A stretch of DNA of 64,000 nt from an uncultured Poribacteria bacterium (GTDB lineage: Bacteria > Poribacteria > WGA-4E > PCPOR2b): contig OY282444.1 of the NCBI GenBank assembly GCA_958296125.1, forward strand, positions 1,289,176 to 1,353,175, in the 5' to 3' direction. Positions 10,249 through 19,718 of the stretch are shown here, in pieces. How positions within the stretch are numbered: position 1 is the first letter of the stretch; the number at the start of each line of letters is the position of its first letter. The translations under genes and the position numbers were made by a program. A model generated the notes under the pieces. The model was not told the DNA's origin and did no database searches. It saw nothing but the letters and a program-made list of their open reading frames with translations.

Positions 10249-10673
10249 ATAGGGAACAGAGATCTCCATCCCATCAGGAAAGCCCGGCACAAACTCAAGT
10301 CCCGCGAATACGACAAAATCAAAAATGTTTGAGAATTGATGGCCGACCTGCCTTGAGTCAAAATCCCTACCGCACTCTGCGGCGATGGATGCCTGAATGA
10401 AGATACGCATCTTGAAAGCGATTTTTTGTTGACAATGAGTCGCTAATGTGGCACCATTTTTCCAATTTTTTATGCTATGCTAACGATAGGCCAACCATAC
10501 TCGATCGTAACAAGAATAATGGGGTGCAGGTTTTCCCCACAAGATGGGGAAACCGAATCAGAAAGTATTGTCAAACTTGTCTCTATTTATTGTGTAAAAG
10601 GTGGTCTCATCGTAGCTCCGGTGTTGTTCGTTGGACAACGGAATTGATAATCTCTTAACAAGGAGGATTCAGT

Positions 10674-11417
10674 ATGAACACTCGCAGGTTTATTACCACG
10701 GCCATTCTGGCAATAGTGGTGTTAATCGGGATAAGTTCATTCGTTGTTTACGATATGAGGGCCCCTGTCAAAGAAGTAAGGGTCTATGAAGTCCCCGAAT
10801 CAAGGCAGGTGCAGCGTAAAGCGAATGTAATAGAGATAGCTGACAACCCAACCCTACCTCAAGATATTTCTACCCTTACGGCAGAAGAAAAGGCTGCTAA
10901 AATTGAACAGCTACGTGCTGAAATTGAACAGCTAGATGCTGAAACTGAACAACTACGTGCTGAAACTGAACAGCTACGTCAGGAAACAGCTGAAGCAAAT
11001 CGAAGGAGTGCTGCTGCCTTACAACGCATTGCGGAAGCAAAGCGTGTAGCTGCGAGCATAAAAGATGGAACCCATCCCCTGATTGTCGAAACTCGCGAAC
11101 TAGTGTATTGGATTGAAAATGATTTTACCCCCCGATTCGCTGCAGCGGCTGACGAGGCAGGGCATTTGGTAGTTCCCCACATGACGCGAGAGACTTTTGT
11201 TGAGATGTATCCTGACCCAGCGGACCAAGCATATTACATCCAAAAACTCCAAGAAATCGTAGGTCTCCATGAAGAACTTGCCACACGCATTGCCAATGCA
11301 TCGCCAGATGTCCGCGAGGCGAGTATTGAGGGATTTCGGCGGGTGTGGACTGTCGCCTTTGGAAAAGATGTAACGGACGATTTCCTCGCAGAGATTTCTC
11401 AACGGATAACCAACTAA
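10674..11417 (+). CDS. Hypothetical membrane-anchored protein with heptad coiled coil
   Basis: Strong RBS aaggagg; N-terminal hydrophobic helix; KIEQLRA-EIEQLDA-ETEQLRA-ETEQLRQ heptads. Confidence 0.75.
   Translation: MNTRRFITTAILAIVVLIGISSFVVYDMRAPVKEVRVYEVPESRQVQRKANVIEIADNPTLPQDISTLTAEEKAAKIEQLRAEIEQLDAETEQLRAETEQLRQETAEANRRSAAALQRIAEAKRVAASIKDGTHPLIVETRELVYWIENDFTPRFAAAADEAGHLVVPHMTRETFVEMYPDPADQAYYIQKLQEIVGLHEELATRIANASPDVREASIEGFRRVWTVAFGKDVTDDFLAEISQRITN
10897..10981 (+). repeat. 21-bp coding tandem repeat, about 4 units
   Basis: Units of the form aaattgaacagctacgtgctg. Confidence 0.85.
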
Positions 11418-11783
11418 GGAGAACCCCATGAGAAAATTGATTGTAATCCCCTTGAGATTTCAAAAACGCCTGAACGACCCACACCAGCGTCTACCTCAAT
11501 TCCCGCCTTCCCACTGAATGCCCTCGCTACCCATTCGATTTATCTTAAAGTTTCGGAGAAGTAGGTAGAAATAAAGTAAGAAATCGACCGCCCGTCCTAC
11601 CCCGATCGCGTGCCCAACCCCCTTCTATCAAATTTCAATCCATTATCGCGGACGCAATCATCGAAAACAGCGTCTCCGTCCGTAGCATAAGTGATTCATT
11701 GTGCTCATTGATATGCTGCTGCTCCCGTTAGATTTAACAATCCGATGGGAGCGTGGGGGATTTGTTGTTATCAGCCTTTTTGC

Positions 11784-11812
11784 TTGCATTTCAATAACGG
11801 GTATGCTAAGAT
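11784..11812 (+). promoter_or_regulatory. Sigma70-type promoter for the MetE-like gene
   Basis: TTGCAT-17 nt-TAAGAT with extended -10 TG, about 120 nt upstream of ATG 11933. Confidence 0.55.
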
Positions 11813-11932
11813 GAACACACTATTCCCGGTGGGAAATTGATACGGGTACAGGGACACACATTGCACTGTATGTGTATGACAAACGGATAAACATCGGGTT
11901 TGCAATGGAAACCGTATTTGCGAGGGGTGCCC

Positions 11933-13042
11933 ATGATCACGGCACATACCGATGTCATTGGCAGCTTGCTCCGTCCGCCTGAACTTCTCAAAGCAAGAAG
12001 CGAGGTCACCGCGGGCAGAATAAAGCAAGCGGCGTTCAAAGCCATCGAAGATCGAGCGGTTGACAAAGTTGTCGCGCTTCAGGAAGCGGTGGGCTTGGAA
12101 GTCGTTACCGATGGCGAAATGCGTCGGTTATCCTTCCAGAGCCAGATGACAGAAGCGATTGCCGGTTTCGGCGAATATGACCTCAATGCTTTCCTTTGGG
12201 GAGATTGGCGTGGCGACGGGGGTGCGGGGAACTTGAGCCTAGAACGTCCCAAAAGCTTGGGCGTTGTCGGCAAACTCACCCGCAAGCGTCACCTCTCAGC
12301 GGAGGAGTTCACCTACCTACGAGCGCGGACGACTCGCATACCGAAGATCACGTTGCCCAGTCCCAGCCTGTGGACGAACTTCTGGTCGCCAGAATACTCC
12401 CTGCCTGCCTATCCCACGCTTGACAGTTTCCTTGCGGATGCCGTTGACATCCTACGGGACGAGGTTGCCGAGTTGGTTCGACTCGGTGGAACCTACATTC
12501 AACTTGATGCCCCCCACTACCCGCTGCTGCTCGATCCCAAGACTCGAACCTTCTATGAAGAGCAAGGTTGGTGCCTTGATCAGTGGTTGGACCGAGGCAT
12601 TGAGATGGATAACGCTGTGATTGGCGATTTCCCGGAGGTGACCTTTGGCTTTCACCTCTGACGCGGCAATCAGGGCAGCCGGTGGTTGGCCGAAGGGGGC
12701 TATGACCTGATTGCCAAACCGATTTTTCAAGGCATCCGTGCACAGCGTCTGCTGCTCGAATATGACGATGAACGCTCCGGTCTATTTGAACCGTTGAAGG
12801 AGATTCCCGATGACAAGATTGCCGTTTTAGGCTTGGTTACGACGAAAACACAACGGCGAGAGACACCGGAAGCACTCACCACGCGTATCAAGGAAGCCAG
12901 CCAATTTGTGCCGCTAGAACGACTTGCGTTGAGTCCACAGTGCGGCTTTTCAACTTCGGTCATCGGCAATCGCATCACAGCAGAGGACCAGAGGCATAAG
13001 CTGTCGGTGATTGTTGAGACCGCTAGAAGGGTATGGGGCTGA
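11933..13042 (+). CDS. Selenocysteine-containing cobalamin-independent methionine synthase II-like (short MetE catalytic-domain family) protein, 369 aa, Sec243
   Basis: Track ORFs 11900-12661 and 12686-13042 are in the same frame, joined by TGA 12659-12661 read as FHL-U-RGN (canonical HLCRGN); other Zn ligands intact (H241, E276 in LLEYD, C337 in SPQCGF); RBS gagggg before ATG 11933. Confidence 0.88.
12674..12691 (+). promoter_or_regulatory. Putative bacterial SECIS element of the MetE-like gene
   Basis: Hairpin GGC-AGCC/GGTT-(G)-GCC with apical loop GGT beginning 19 nt after the UGA; G at loop position 1. Confidence 0.65.
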
Positions 13043-13055
13043 ACTGGGAGAAATT

Positions 13056-13235
13056 TTGAAGGAGGATGGATACGGCGCAAATCCCCAAAAACCATCAAAT
13101 GCGATCGGTGATTCCTATATTTGTACTGTAGACAATGTGAGCCCCGGTGCTGTTATCGCTCGATCTACAGCGGCAACCCGCGCAGATGCTGAATCTGATG
13201 CGTTAGCACAAGCGAAAGCTGCTATGGGGACTTGA
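13056..13235 (+). CDS. Possible 59-aa small protein
   Basis: TTG start after GGGAG; Ala-rich helical C-terminus; no family recognised. Confidence 0.3.
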   Translation: MKEDGYGANPQKPSNAIGDSYICTVDNVSPGAVIARSTAATRADAESDALAQAKAAMGT

Positions 13236-13270
13236 ACTCGCGATGATATAATTGTGTTATACGAGATTAG

Positions 13271-13303
13271 AGAAACCGAGTTTTTGTCAAAAACTCAGTT
13301 TCT
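13271..13303. repeat. REP-like palindrome / possible terminator between the MetE-like gene and selD
   Basis: AGAAACCGAGTTTTT-gtc-AAAAACTCAGTTTCT, 15-bp inverted repeat with one mismatch. Confidence 0.65.
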
Positions 13304-13343
13304 GGCACCTTTGCAGAAGGTAAGAAAAGTTGGGAGTGATAGG

Positions 13344-14405
13344 ATGAACTTAAATAAGCTGTCACGAAAACATACCCTCACAAGTTTGGCAAAAACGTGT
13401 GGGTGAGCGGCGAAAGTCAGTCCAGTTGGACTGGGAGAACTCTTGGCAAAATTGCCGAAGAAAAGCGACCCGAATCTGCTTGTTGGATTTGAAACTAGCG
13501 ACGATGCCGGCATCTACCGCCTCAACGACGAGATGGCATTGGTTACGACCGCCGACTTTATCACGCCACCCGTGGATGACCCGTATCTGTTTGGTCAGAT
13601 TGCTGCAGCCAATTCAATCAGCGATATTTATGCGATGGGCGGCAGACCTGTGACCTGTCTGAATTTGGTGGGGTTTCCGGCGGATAAATTGGCCCCAGAA
13701 ATCCTGCATGGCATTGTCGAAGGTGCGTTAAGTAAAATCACTGAATCGGGTGCAGTCTTGGCGGGAGGGCATACGACCGACGATGAGGAGCCCAAGTTTG
13801 GGTTATCGGTCACTGGGATTGTGCATCCGGAAAAATATTGGCGAAATGTCGGTGCAGAACCGGGGGATGTGCTAATCTTGACCAAACCGATCGGCAGCGG
13901 CGTGATTTTTAACGCCAATCTCAAAAATTGGGTATCAGACCAAGCGTTAAACGAATGCCTACAGACTATCACAACGCTCAACAAGCAGGCGGCGGCGGTG
14001 ATGGCTGACTTCGACATCCATGCGGTAACGGACATCACCGGATTCGGATTGGGGGGGCATGCCTTGGAAATGGCGGAAGGGTCGACTGTGACTTTGGAAA
14101 TTCATACCGACGACGTGCCGATTCTGCGCGAGGCACTGGAAATGTACCAAAAAGGGATGCGGACGGGTGTCAACGCTGCCAATCGAGCCTTGATTGAAGC
14201 TTTTGTACACTTTGAAAAATCACTCCCCGAATGGCATGAGGAAATTTTTGTTGATCCGCAGACCAGCGGTGGATTGCTAGTGTCTGTGCCGGATGCTCAA
14301 AGCAAATCGCTGTTGACGGCTCTACACAATGGCGGTGTGACAAAAGCACAGGTTATCGGGAATGTGAAATCCTTTGTTGAACCGAACCATCTTGTCTTTG
14401 TATGA
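13344..14405 (+). CDS. selD: Selenide, water dikinase (selenophosphate synthetase), Sec-containing, 353 aa
   Basis: ATG 13344 reads MNLNKLSRKHTLTSLAKTCG-U-AAKVSP, in frame with track ORF 13443; TGA 13404-13406 at the catalytic C/U-x-x-K site; DDAGIY, TADFITP, AAANSISDIYAMGG, DITGFGL, DPQTSGGLL motifs. Confidence 0.96.
13418..13433 (+). promoter_or_regulatory. Bacterial SECIS element of selD
   Basis: Perfect stem CAGTCC/GGACTG, loop AGTT beginning 17 nt after the UGA, G at loop position 2. Confidence 0.8.
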
Positions 14406-14408
14406 ATT

Positions 14409-15359
14409 ATGAAAATATGCTTAATTACCCCTGCCCCAACATACTCTCGGAAGGGTAACCGTGTGACTGCCCTTCGGTGGGCTCGCATCTTACGAGACCT
14501 GGGTCACCGCGTCGTTATCGCGGAGGAATATCGGGGGGAGCGATGCGATTTGCTGGTCGCGCTCCACGCGCGTCGTAGTCACGCTTCTATTGCGCGTTTC
14601 CATCACGAACACCCAGAGCTGCCTCTCATCCTCGCCTTAACTGGAACAGATCTCTACGGCGATATCCATACAGATGCATCAGCCCAAGAATCTTTGGAGA
14701 TAGCGGATCGTTTCATTCTGTTACAGCCCGCAGGCATTAAAGAACTCTCAGAACACCTGCGTGACAAAGCGTGGGTAATCTACCAATCAATAACAGCACC
14801 ACCGGGGAGGTTTGTCCCAAAAAAGCGCGTTTTCGAGCTGTGTGTGCTGGGGCATCTGCGGCCTGTAAAGGACCCATTTCGGACTGCGATGGCAGCTCGA
14901 TGGCTGCCTCCATCATCCCAGATTCAGGTGGTGCATGTTGGGGGTGCACTCACCGACGACATGAAAGCAGCGGCAGAGGCTGAAGCAGCCACCAATCCAC
15001 GTTACCGTTGGTTGGGTGAGCTCCCACGCTGGCGGGCACTCCGTATCCTTGCACGAAGTCGGCTGCTCGTGCTGACCTCTCAAATGGAGGGAGGAGCGAA
15101 TGCAGTTTCCGAAGCGCTCGCGTGTTCCGTTCCTGTCATTTCGTCGCGGATATCTGGCTCGATCGGTCTCTTGGGAGAGGATTATCCGGGCTACTTTCCG
15201 GTGGGAGATACAAAAGCGTTGACGGATCTGCTCATGCGTGTTGAAATGGATACCGCATTTTATGACATACTCAAAGCGTGGTGTGAAAGCCTAAAGTCGA
15301 TTGTCGATCCTGACCGTGAGCGTCGGAGTTGGAAAGGTCTGCTACAGGATTTGCGGTAA
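14409..15359 (+). CDS. senB: Selenosugar synthase (TIGR04348-type glycosyltransferase)
   Basis: ITPAP..SRKGNRVTALRWA, ALHARRS, LTGTDLY, HLRPVKDP, MEGGAN motifs; starts 3 nt after the selD stop. Confidence 0.88.
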   Translation: MKICLITPAPTYSRKGNRVTALRWARILRDLGHRVVIAEEYRGERCDLLVALHARRSHASIARFHHEHPELPLILALTGTDLYGDIHTDASAQESLEIADRFILLQPAGIKELSEHLRDKAWVIYQSITAPPGRFVPKKRVFELCVLGHLRPVKDPFRTAMAARWLPPSSQIQVVHVGGALTDDMKAAAEAEAATNPRYRWLGELPRWRALRILARSRLLVLTSQMEGGANAVSEALACSVPVISSRISGSIGLLGEDYPGYFPVGDTKALTDLLMRVEMDTAFYDILKAWCESLKSIVDPDRERRSWKGLLQDLR

Positions 15360-15407
15360 ATCTTCAGAGGTGACAGGGTTTAATCTATTGGATTGGTGGA
15401 GTCAACT

Positions 15408-16379
15408 ATGAAAAGGGTTGGAGTTGTGGGGGCTGGTGCGTGGGGGACTGCGCTCGCGGTTACGGCAGCGCGGGCGGGTAGCGAAGTCACCTTATGGGCG
15501 CGGGAGCCGGAGGTTGTGGCATCTATCAACGGACGACAGGAAAACAAGATGTTCCTTCCCGGTATCGAGCTGCCCGACACTATCCATGCGGTCAACGATT
15601 TGGGGGCGATGCTGGCACAGGACGCACTGTTGATGGTGGCACCCGCCCAATATGTGCGGGACACCTGTGAGCAGCTGGCTTCAGTCAGTTTGGATGTCTC
15701 TCCTCCCGTAATTATCTGCAGCAAGGGGATAGAGCAACAGAGTTTGAAGCTGATGAGCGAAGTTGTGGCGGAGCATTGGCCCAATCCGCTAGCGACACTC
15801 AGCGGACCCACCTTTGCGACGGACGTGGCAAAGGGACTGCCTGCGTCGGTAACGCTTGCATGTGGCGACGAAGCACTTGGGCGGAAACTAGCGCGGTTGG
15901 TCGTGCACCCAAAGTTTAACGTCCATCATTCCGACGATTTGATAGGGCCCCAAATCTGTGGACCCATGAAAAATGTCATTGCCATCGCTTGCGGTATTGT
16001 GGAGGGCAAAGGGCTCGGAGAAAGCGCGAAAGCCGCATTAATCACCGAAGGGTTGGCGGAGATAAGCCAACTGTGTGTTGCTAAAGGTGGCAAACCCGAA
16101 ACAGCGATGGGGTTATGTGGCCTTGGTGACCTGATTTTGACTTGCAACAGTCACACTTCACGCAATATGTCTTTGGGCTACGCATTGGGACAAGGAGAAA
16201 CGCTAGAGGCGATTTTGCGCGAACGTAACAGTGTCGCCGAAGGTGTTGCGTCGTCCAACGCTGTGGCGGGATTAGCAGCCCAACTGGGTATTCAGCTGCG
16301 GATCTGTGGAATCGTTAATCAGATTGTGCGAGGCGATGCAGATGTAGATCAGGTGGGCCTGGCACTTGTTCAGAGCTAA
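15408..16379 (+). CDS. gpsA: NAD(P)H-dependent glycerol-3-phosphate dehydrogenase
   Basis: GAGAWGTALA, CSKGIE, LSGPTFA, KNVIAIACG, GLGDLILTC, SRN, AEGV. Confidence 0.95.
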   Translation: MKRVGVVGAGAWGTALAVTAARAGSEVTLWAREPEVVASINGRQENKMFLPGIELPDTIHAVNDLGAMLAQDALLMVAPAQYVRDTCEQLASVSLDVSPPVIICSKGIEQQSLKLMSEVVAEHWPNPLATLSGPTFATDVAKGLPASVTLACGDEALGRKLARLVVHPKFNVHHSDDLIGPQICGPMKNVIAIACGIVEGKGLGESAKAALITEGLAEISQLCVAKGGKPETAMGLCGLGDLILTCNSHTSRNMSLGYALGQGETLEAILRERNSVAEGVASSNAVAGLAAQLGIQLRICGIVNQIVRGDADVDQVGLALVQS

Positions 16380-16446
16380 AGATGGAAGATCCGGCGGAAT
16401 TGTCATAGACCTATCGATCTACCGGGGTTATGTGGGTTGAAACGAA

Positions 16447-16749
16447 ATGATTAAATACACCCCATTGACGCTTGATGAAATCCCTGAAGATGAGCAGGAA
16501 GTGCTTCTCACAAAGGTTGCGATGGAGATTGTGAAGCGGCGGCTGACCGTGCCCGCGATTGTATTCCTTGAGACCTGTAAACCGCTCAACTTTATCGGGA
16601 GTCAAATGCTTATTGCGCTTAACCCTTTTGTCACTGCAATTTTTAACACCGCTGAATATCAGAAATTTGCTTTGATAATCGAAAAGGATGCAAATGTTGA
16701 ATTGCTGACTCAACTTATTGAGAAATTAGATGGAGAGGAGAAAAAGTAG
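16447..16749 (+). CDS. Conserved hypothetical protein upstream of the GlmL-like gene
   Basis: 100-aa ORF with plausible composition, stop 2 nt before the next start. Confidence 0.75.
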   Translation: MIKYTPLTLDEIPEDEQEVLLTKVAMEIVKRRLTVPAIVFLETCKPLNFIGSQMLIALNPFVTAIFNTAEYQKFALIIEKDANVELLTQLIEKLDGEEKK

Positions 16750-16750
16750 T

Positions 16751-18559
16751 ATGTCGGACCAGGCACAGGAGATGCGCTCGATTCTTGCAACAGATTGTGG
16801 CAGCACCACCACGAAAGCTATCTTGATAGAGAAACGGGGGGACGAATACCATCTTGTGGTTCGTGGGGAGGCACCGACAACGGTTGAAGCACCGGTGGAG
16901 GATGTCACCGCTGGGGTAATCAACGCGATAACGGAGGTCGAGGAACTCGCTGGACGTAGGCTCTTGAAGGACGGGCAGATCCTCAAGCCGCAACAGGGGA
17001 ATGAAGGCACAGATCTGTATATCTCGACGAGTAGTGCAGGCGGTGGTTTACAGATGATGGTTGCGGGTGTCGTGCGGAACCTCACCGCCGAGAGCGCGGA
17101 ACGTGCCGCACTGGGCGCGGGCGCGATTGTCATGGATGTAATCGCTTCTAACGACAAGCGGCTCCCTCACGAGAAGATTGAGCGCATCCGACATCTCCGC
17201 CCGGATATGGTGCTTCTTTCCGGCGGCATTGACGGCGGGACAACCTCCCACGTTGCGGAGTTAGCAGAGATCATTGGGGCAGCAAATCCCAAACCCCGTT
17301 TGGGGGTGAGTTATAAGTTGCCGGTGGTCTATGCAGGAAACAAGGAGGCGCGCTCGGTTGTCGGCGAGCGACTTGGCGATAAAATGGCGTTAGAGGTGGT
17401 CGATAACCTACGTCCGGTGTTAGAGCGCGAAAATCTGATGCCGACCCGTCTGAAAATCCAAGATCAGTTTCTAGAGCATGTCATGGCGCACGCCCCCGGC
17501 TACAGAACATTAATCTCTTGGACCGATGCGCCGATTATGCCAACGCCCGGTGCTGTCGGCGCAATTATGCAAACGATTGCCGCCCAGCAGAACATCGAGG
17601 TAGTTGGCGTGGACATCGGGGGCGCAACAACAGATGTGTTCTCGGTCTTCAGAAATCAAGAGGGTGAGGCGATTTTTAACCGCACGGTGAGTGCCAATCT
17701 GGGGATGAGCTACAGTATCTCCAACGTCCTTGCGGAGGCGGGGATGGAGAACGTTTTGCGTTGGGTACCCTTTGATATTGATGTCAGCAACCTTGGGAAT
17801 CGGATCAAGAACAAAATGATAAGACCGACAACGATTCCGCAGGCATTGGAGGAACTAATTATCGAGGGTGCCATTGCGCGTGAAGCCTTGCGATTGGCGT
17901 TTGATCAGCACAAGCAGCTTGCGGTCGAACTGCGGGGGGTGCAGCAACAGCGCACCATCTCCGAGGCGTTCTCTCAATCTGAGACCGGGGCGACACTTGT
18001 GGATATGCTTTCGCTGGACCTGATTGTCGGAAGTGGCGGCGTACTTTCCCACGCACCCCGCCGGAATCAGGCGATGTTGATGATGATTGACGCATTTCAG
18101 CCGGAGGGAGTTACCCACCTCGCTGTCGATAGTATTTTTATGATGCCTCAACTCGGTGTGCTCGCTCAGGTCAACGAAGCGGCGGCGACACAGGTCTTTG
18201 AGCGTGATTGTCTCATCCACTTAGGCACCTGCATTGCACCGATTGGGGTTGCCACCCCCGGCGATTCGGGTGTCACAATCACCGGCGATTTGACGGAAAC
18301 CGTGCCGTTTGGCGAATTGCGTCTCTATCCGTTGGGTGTCGGGGAGAAGGCACGGGTGACAATCCAACCTGAGCGTCGTCTCGACATGGGGGCGGGACGT
18401 GGACAGCTAGTGGAAGCGGAGGTTGAAGGGGGCGTAGTCGGCTTGGTAGTAGATACGCGCGGTCGCCCTCTCGAAGTTTCTAACGCGTCCACCGAGCGTG
18501 TCGCAATGCTCAAAAAGTGGTTCCAAGCGTTGGAGGTATATCCCGAAAGTTTCATGTAA
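16751..18559 (+). CDS. Glutamate mutase L (GlmL/MutL)-like ASKHA ATPase
   Basis: ILATDCGSTTTK and VDIGGATTDVFS phosphate loops; RTVSANLGMSYS. Confidence 0.85.
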   Translation: MSDQAQEMRSILATDCGSTTTKAILIEKRGDEYHLVVRGEAPTTVEAPVEDVTAGVINAITEVEELAGRRLLKDGQILKPQQGNEGTDLYISTSSAGGGLQMMVAGVVRNLTAESAERAALGAGAIVMDVIASNDKRLPHEKIERIRHLRPDMVLLSGGIDGGTTSHVAELAEIIGAANPKPRLGVSYKLPVVYAGNKEARSVVGERLGDKMALEVVDNLRPVLERENLMPTRLKIQDQFLEHVMAHAPGYRTLISWTDAPIMPTPGAVGAIMQTIAAQQNIEVVGVDIGGATTDVFSVFRNQEGEAIFNRTVSANLGMSYSISNVLAEAGMENVLRWVPFDIDVSNLGNRIKNKMIRPTTIPQALEELIIEGAIAREALRLAFDQHKQLAVELRGVQQQRTISEAFSQSETGATLVDMLSLDLIVGSGGVLSHAPRRNQAMLMMIDAFQPEGVTHLAVDSIFMMPQLGVLAQVNEAAATQVFERDCLIHLGTCIAPIGVATPGDSGVTITGDLTETVPFGELRLYPLGVGEKARVTIQPERRLDMGAGRGQLVEAEVEGGVVGLVVDTRGRPLEVSNASTERVAMLKKWFQALEVYPESFM

Positions 18560-18717
18560 AAAGAAAGTACAAAATGCGAAGATTACTCAAATTTTTGTCA
18601 AAAACGCAGGGGCTGTTACACCATTTCCTAACATGAGTTTCCAGACCCGATTAGTATGTCTCATGGATGCGGATTACCGGGGTAACACACAGACACTCAG
18701 AACAGGAGGAATCGACG

Positions 18718-19545
18718 ATGCCCATTATGGATGCGCTGCCGGATATGAAGCGAGAGCTCAAATTCTTTCCGGGCGGGAATGACAATCCCCAAAAACTGAC
18801 AGCAGAACAGATTCGTCAATTTAACGAAAAGGGCTACATCTTTCCGCTAGATATATTTACGGAAGCAGAGGTGACGGCGAACCGAGCGTATTTCGATCGG
18901 ATTGTGGGAATGGCAAAGGAAGCTGGCTTGAACAGTTATTCAATCAATGGTTGGCATCCCACCTGCCGGGGGATTTACGATTTGGCAATGAATGACCGCA
19001 TCCTCGATTATGTGCAAGACCTACTCGGCGAGGACCTGATCTGCACCATGACCCACTATTTCTGTAAGGAGCCGGGCGATACGAAACGGGTCACTTGGCA
19101 TCAAGATGCTTCCTATTGGCCCCTGACCCCCAGTAAAGTGGTCACAGTTTGGTTAGCGATTGATGATGCAGATGAAGAAAATAGCGCGATGAAGGTTATC
19201 CCCGGATCTCATTTACAGGGACAGATTCCGTTTGAGCATAGCACAGCGGAGGAGAACAACGTCCTGGGCCAGTCGGTGCGTCAACCGGAAGAGTATGGAG
19301 AAACACCTGTTGCTTTTGAAATGAGAGCCGGTCAGATTTCGCTACACACCGATCTATTGCTACATGGATCGGAGCCGAATACCTCAAATCGGCGGCGCTG
19401 CGGTCTCACTCTCCGCTATTTCCCGCCGGACGTGCGTGGGAGGGATCCGAAGCACGGTTCGGGTATCATCTGTCGTGGAAGCGATGGCGAGGGTTATTGG
19501 CAGCACATTCCGAGACCTGAGGGCGATCAGATCCGGAGGACGTAG
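18718..19545 (+). CDS. Phytanoyl-CoA dioxygenase (PhyH) family Fe(II)/2OG oxygenase
   Basis: WHQDASYW (HxD), distal HGS and NRRR; RBS ggagg before ATG 18718. Confidence 0.9.
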   Translation: MPIMDALPDMKRELKFFPGGNDNPQKLTAEQIRQFNEKGYIFPLDIFTEAEVTANRAYFDRIVGMAKEAGLNSYSINGWHPTCRGIYDLAMNDRILDYVQDLLGEDLICTMTHYFCKEPGDTKRVTWHQDASYWPLTPSKVVTVWLAIDDADEENSAMKVIPGSHLQGQIPFEHSTAEENNVLGQSVRQPEEYGETPVAFEMRAGQISLHTDLLLHGSEPNTSNRRRCGLTLRYFPPDVRGRDPKHGSGIICRGSDGEGYWQHIPRPEGDQIRRT

Positions 19546-19718
19546 GGTTCGATCGATACCGGTCCCATTCAAAAGGGGATAAGTCTCTGCTAGCTTAAAT
19601 TAACCGCAGAGACACAGAGTCCGCAGAGTTTTTTAAGGGATAGGGTTTTTGATATTCAAAAATGTGGAGAGAGGGCTTGGGCTCCAAGTCCTTGACCCAA
19701 ATTAATAAGGAGAAAAAT

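Noticed and set aside
10381-10400. GGCGATGGA start resembling a fluoride riboswitch
   Set aside because: The TCGCC complement and the GCTAATGAC 3' element are missing at the right spacing, and there is no crcB/eno-type gene downstream.
10099-10410. 103-aa minus-strand ORF
   Set aside because: No RBS or recognisable motif, and it runs through a REP-like palindrome; probably spurious or decayed.
11820-11932. Riboswitch (SAM, SAH, B12) in the leader of the MetE-like gene
   Set aside because: Only small hairpins; no recognisable consensus nucleotides.
12659-12661. Reading the MetE-like gene as a nonsense pseudogene
   Set aside because: The stop is UGA precisely at a catalytic Cys, with a SECIS-like hairpin, an intact downstream frame and a Sec-type selD nearby. 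Sec is the simpler explanation, pending read check.
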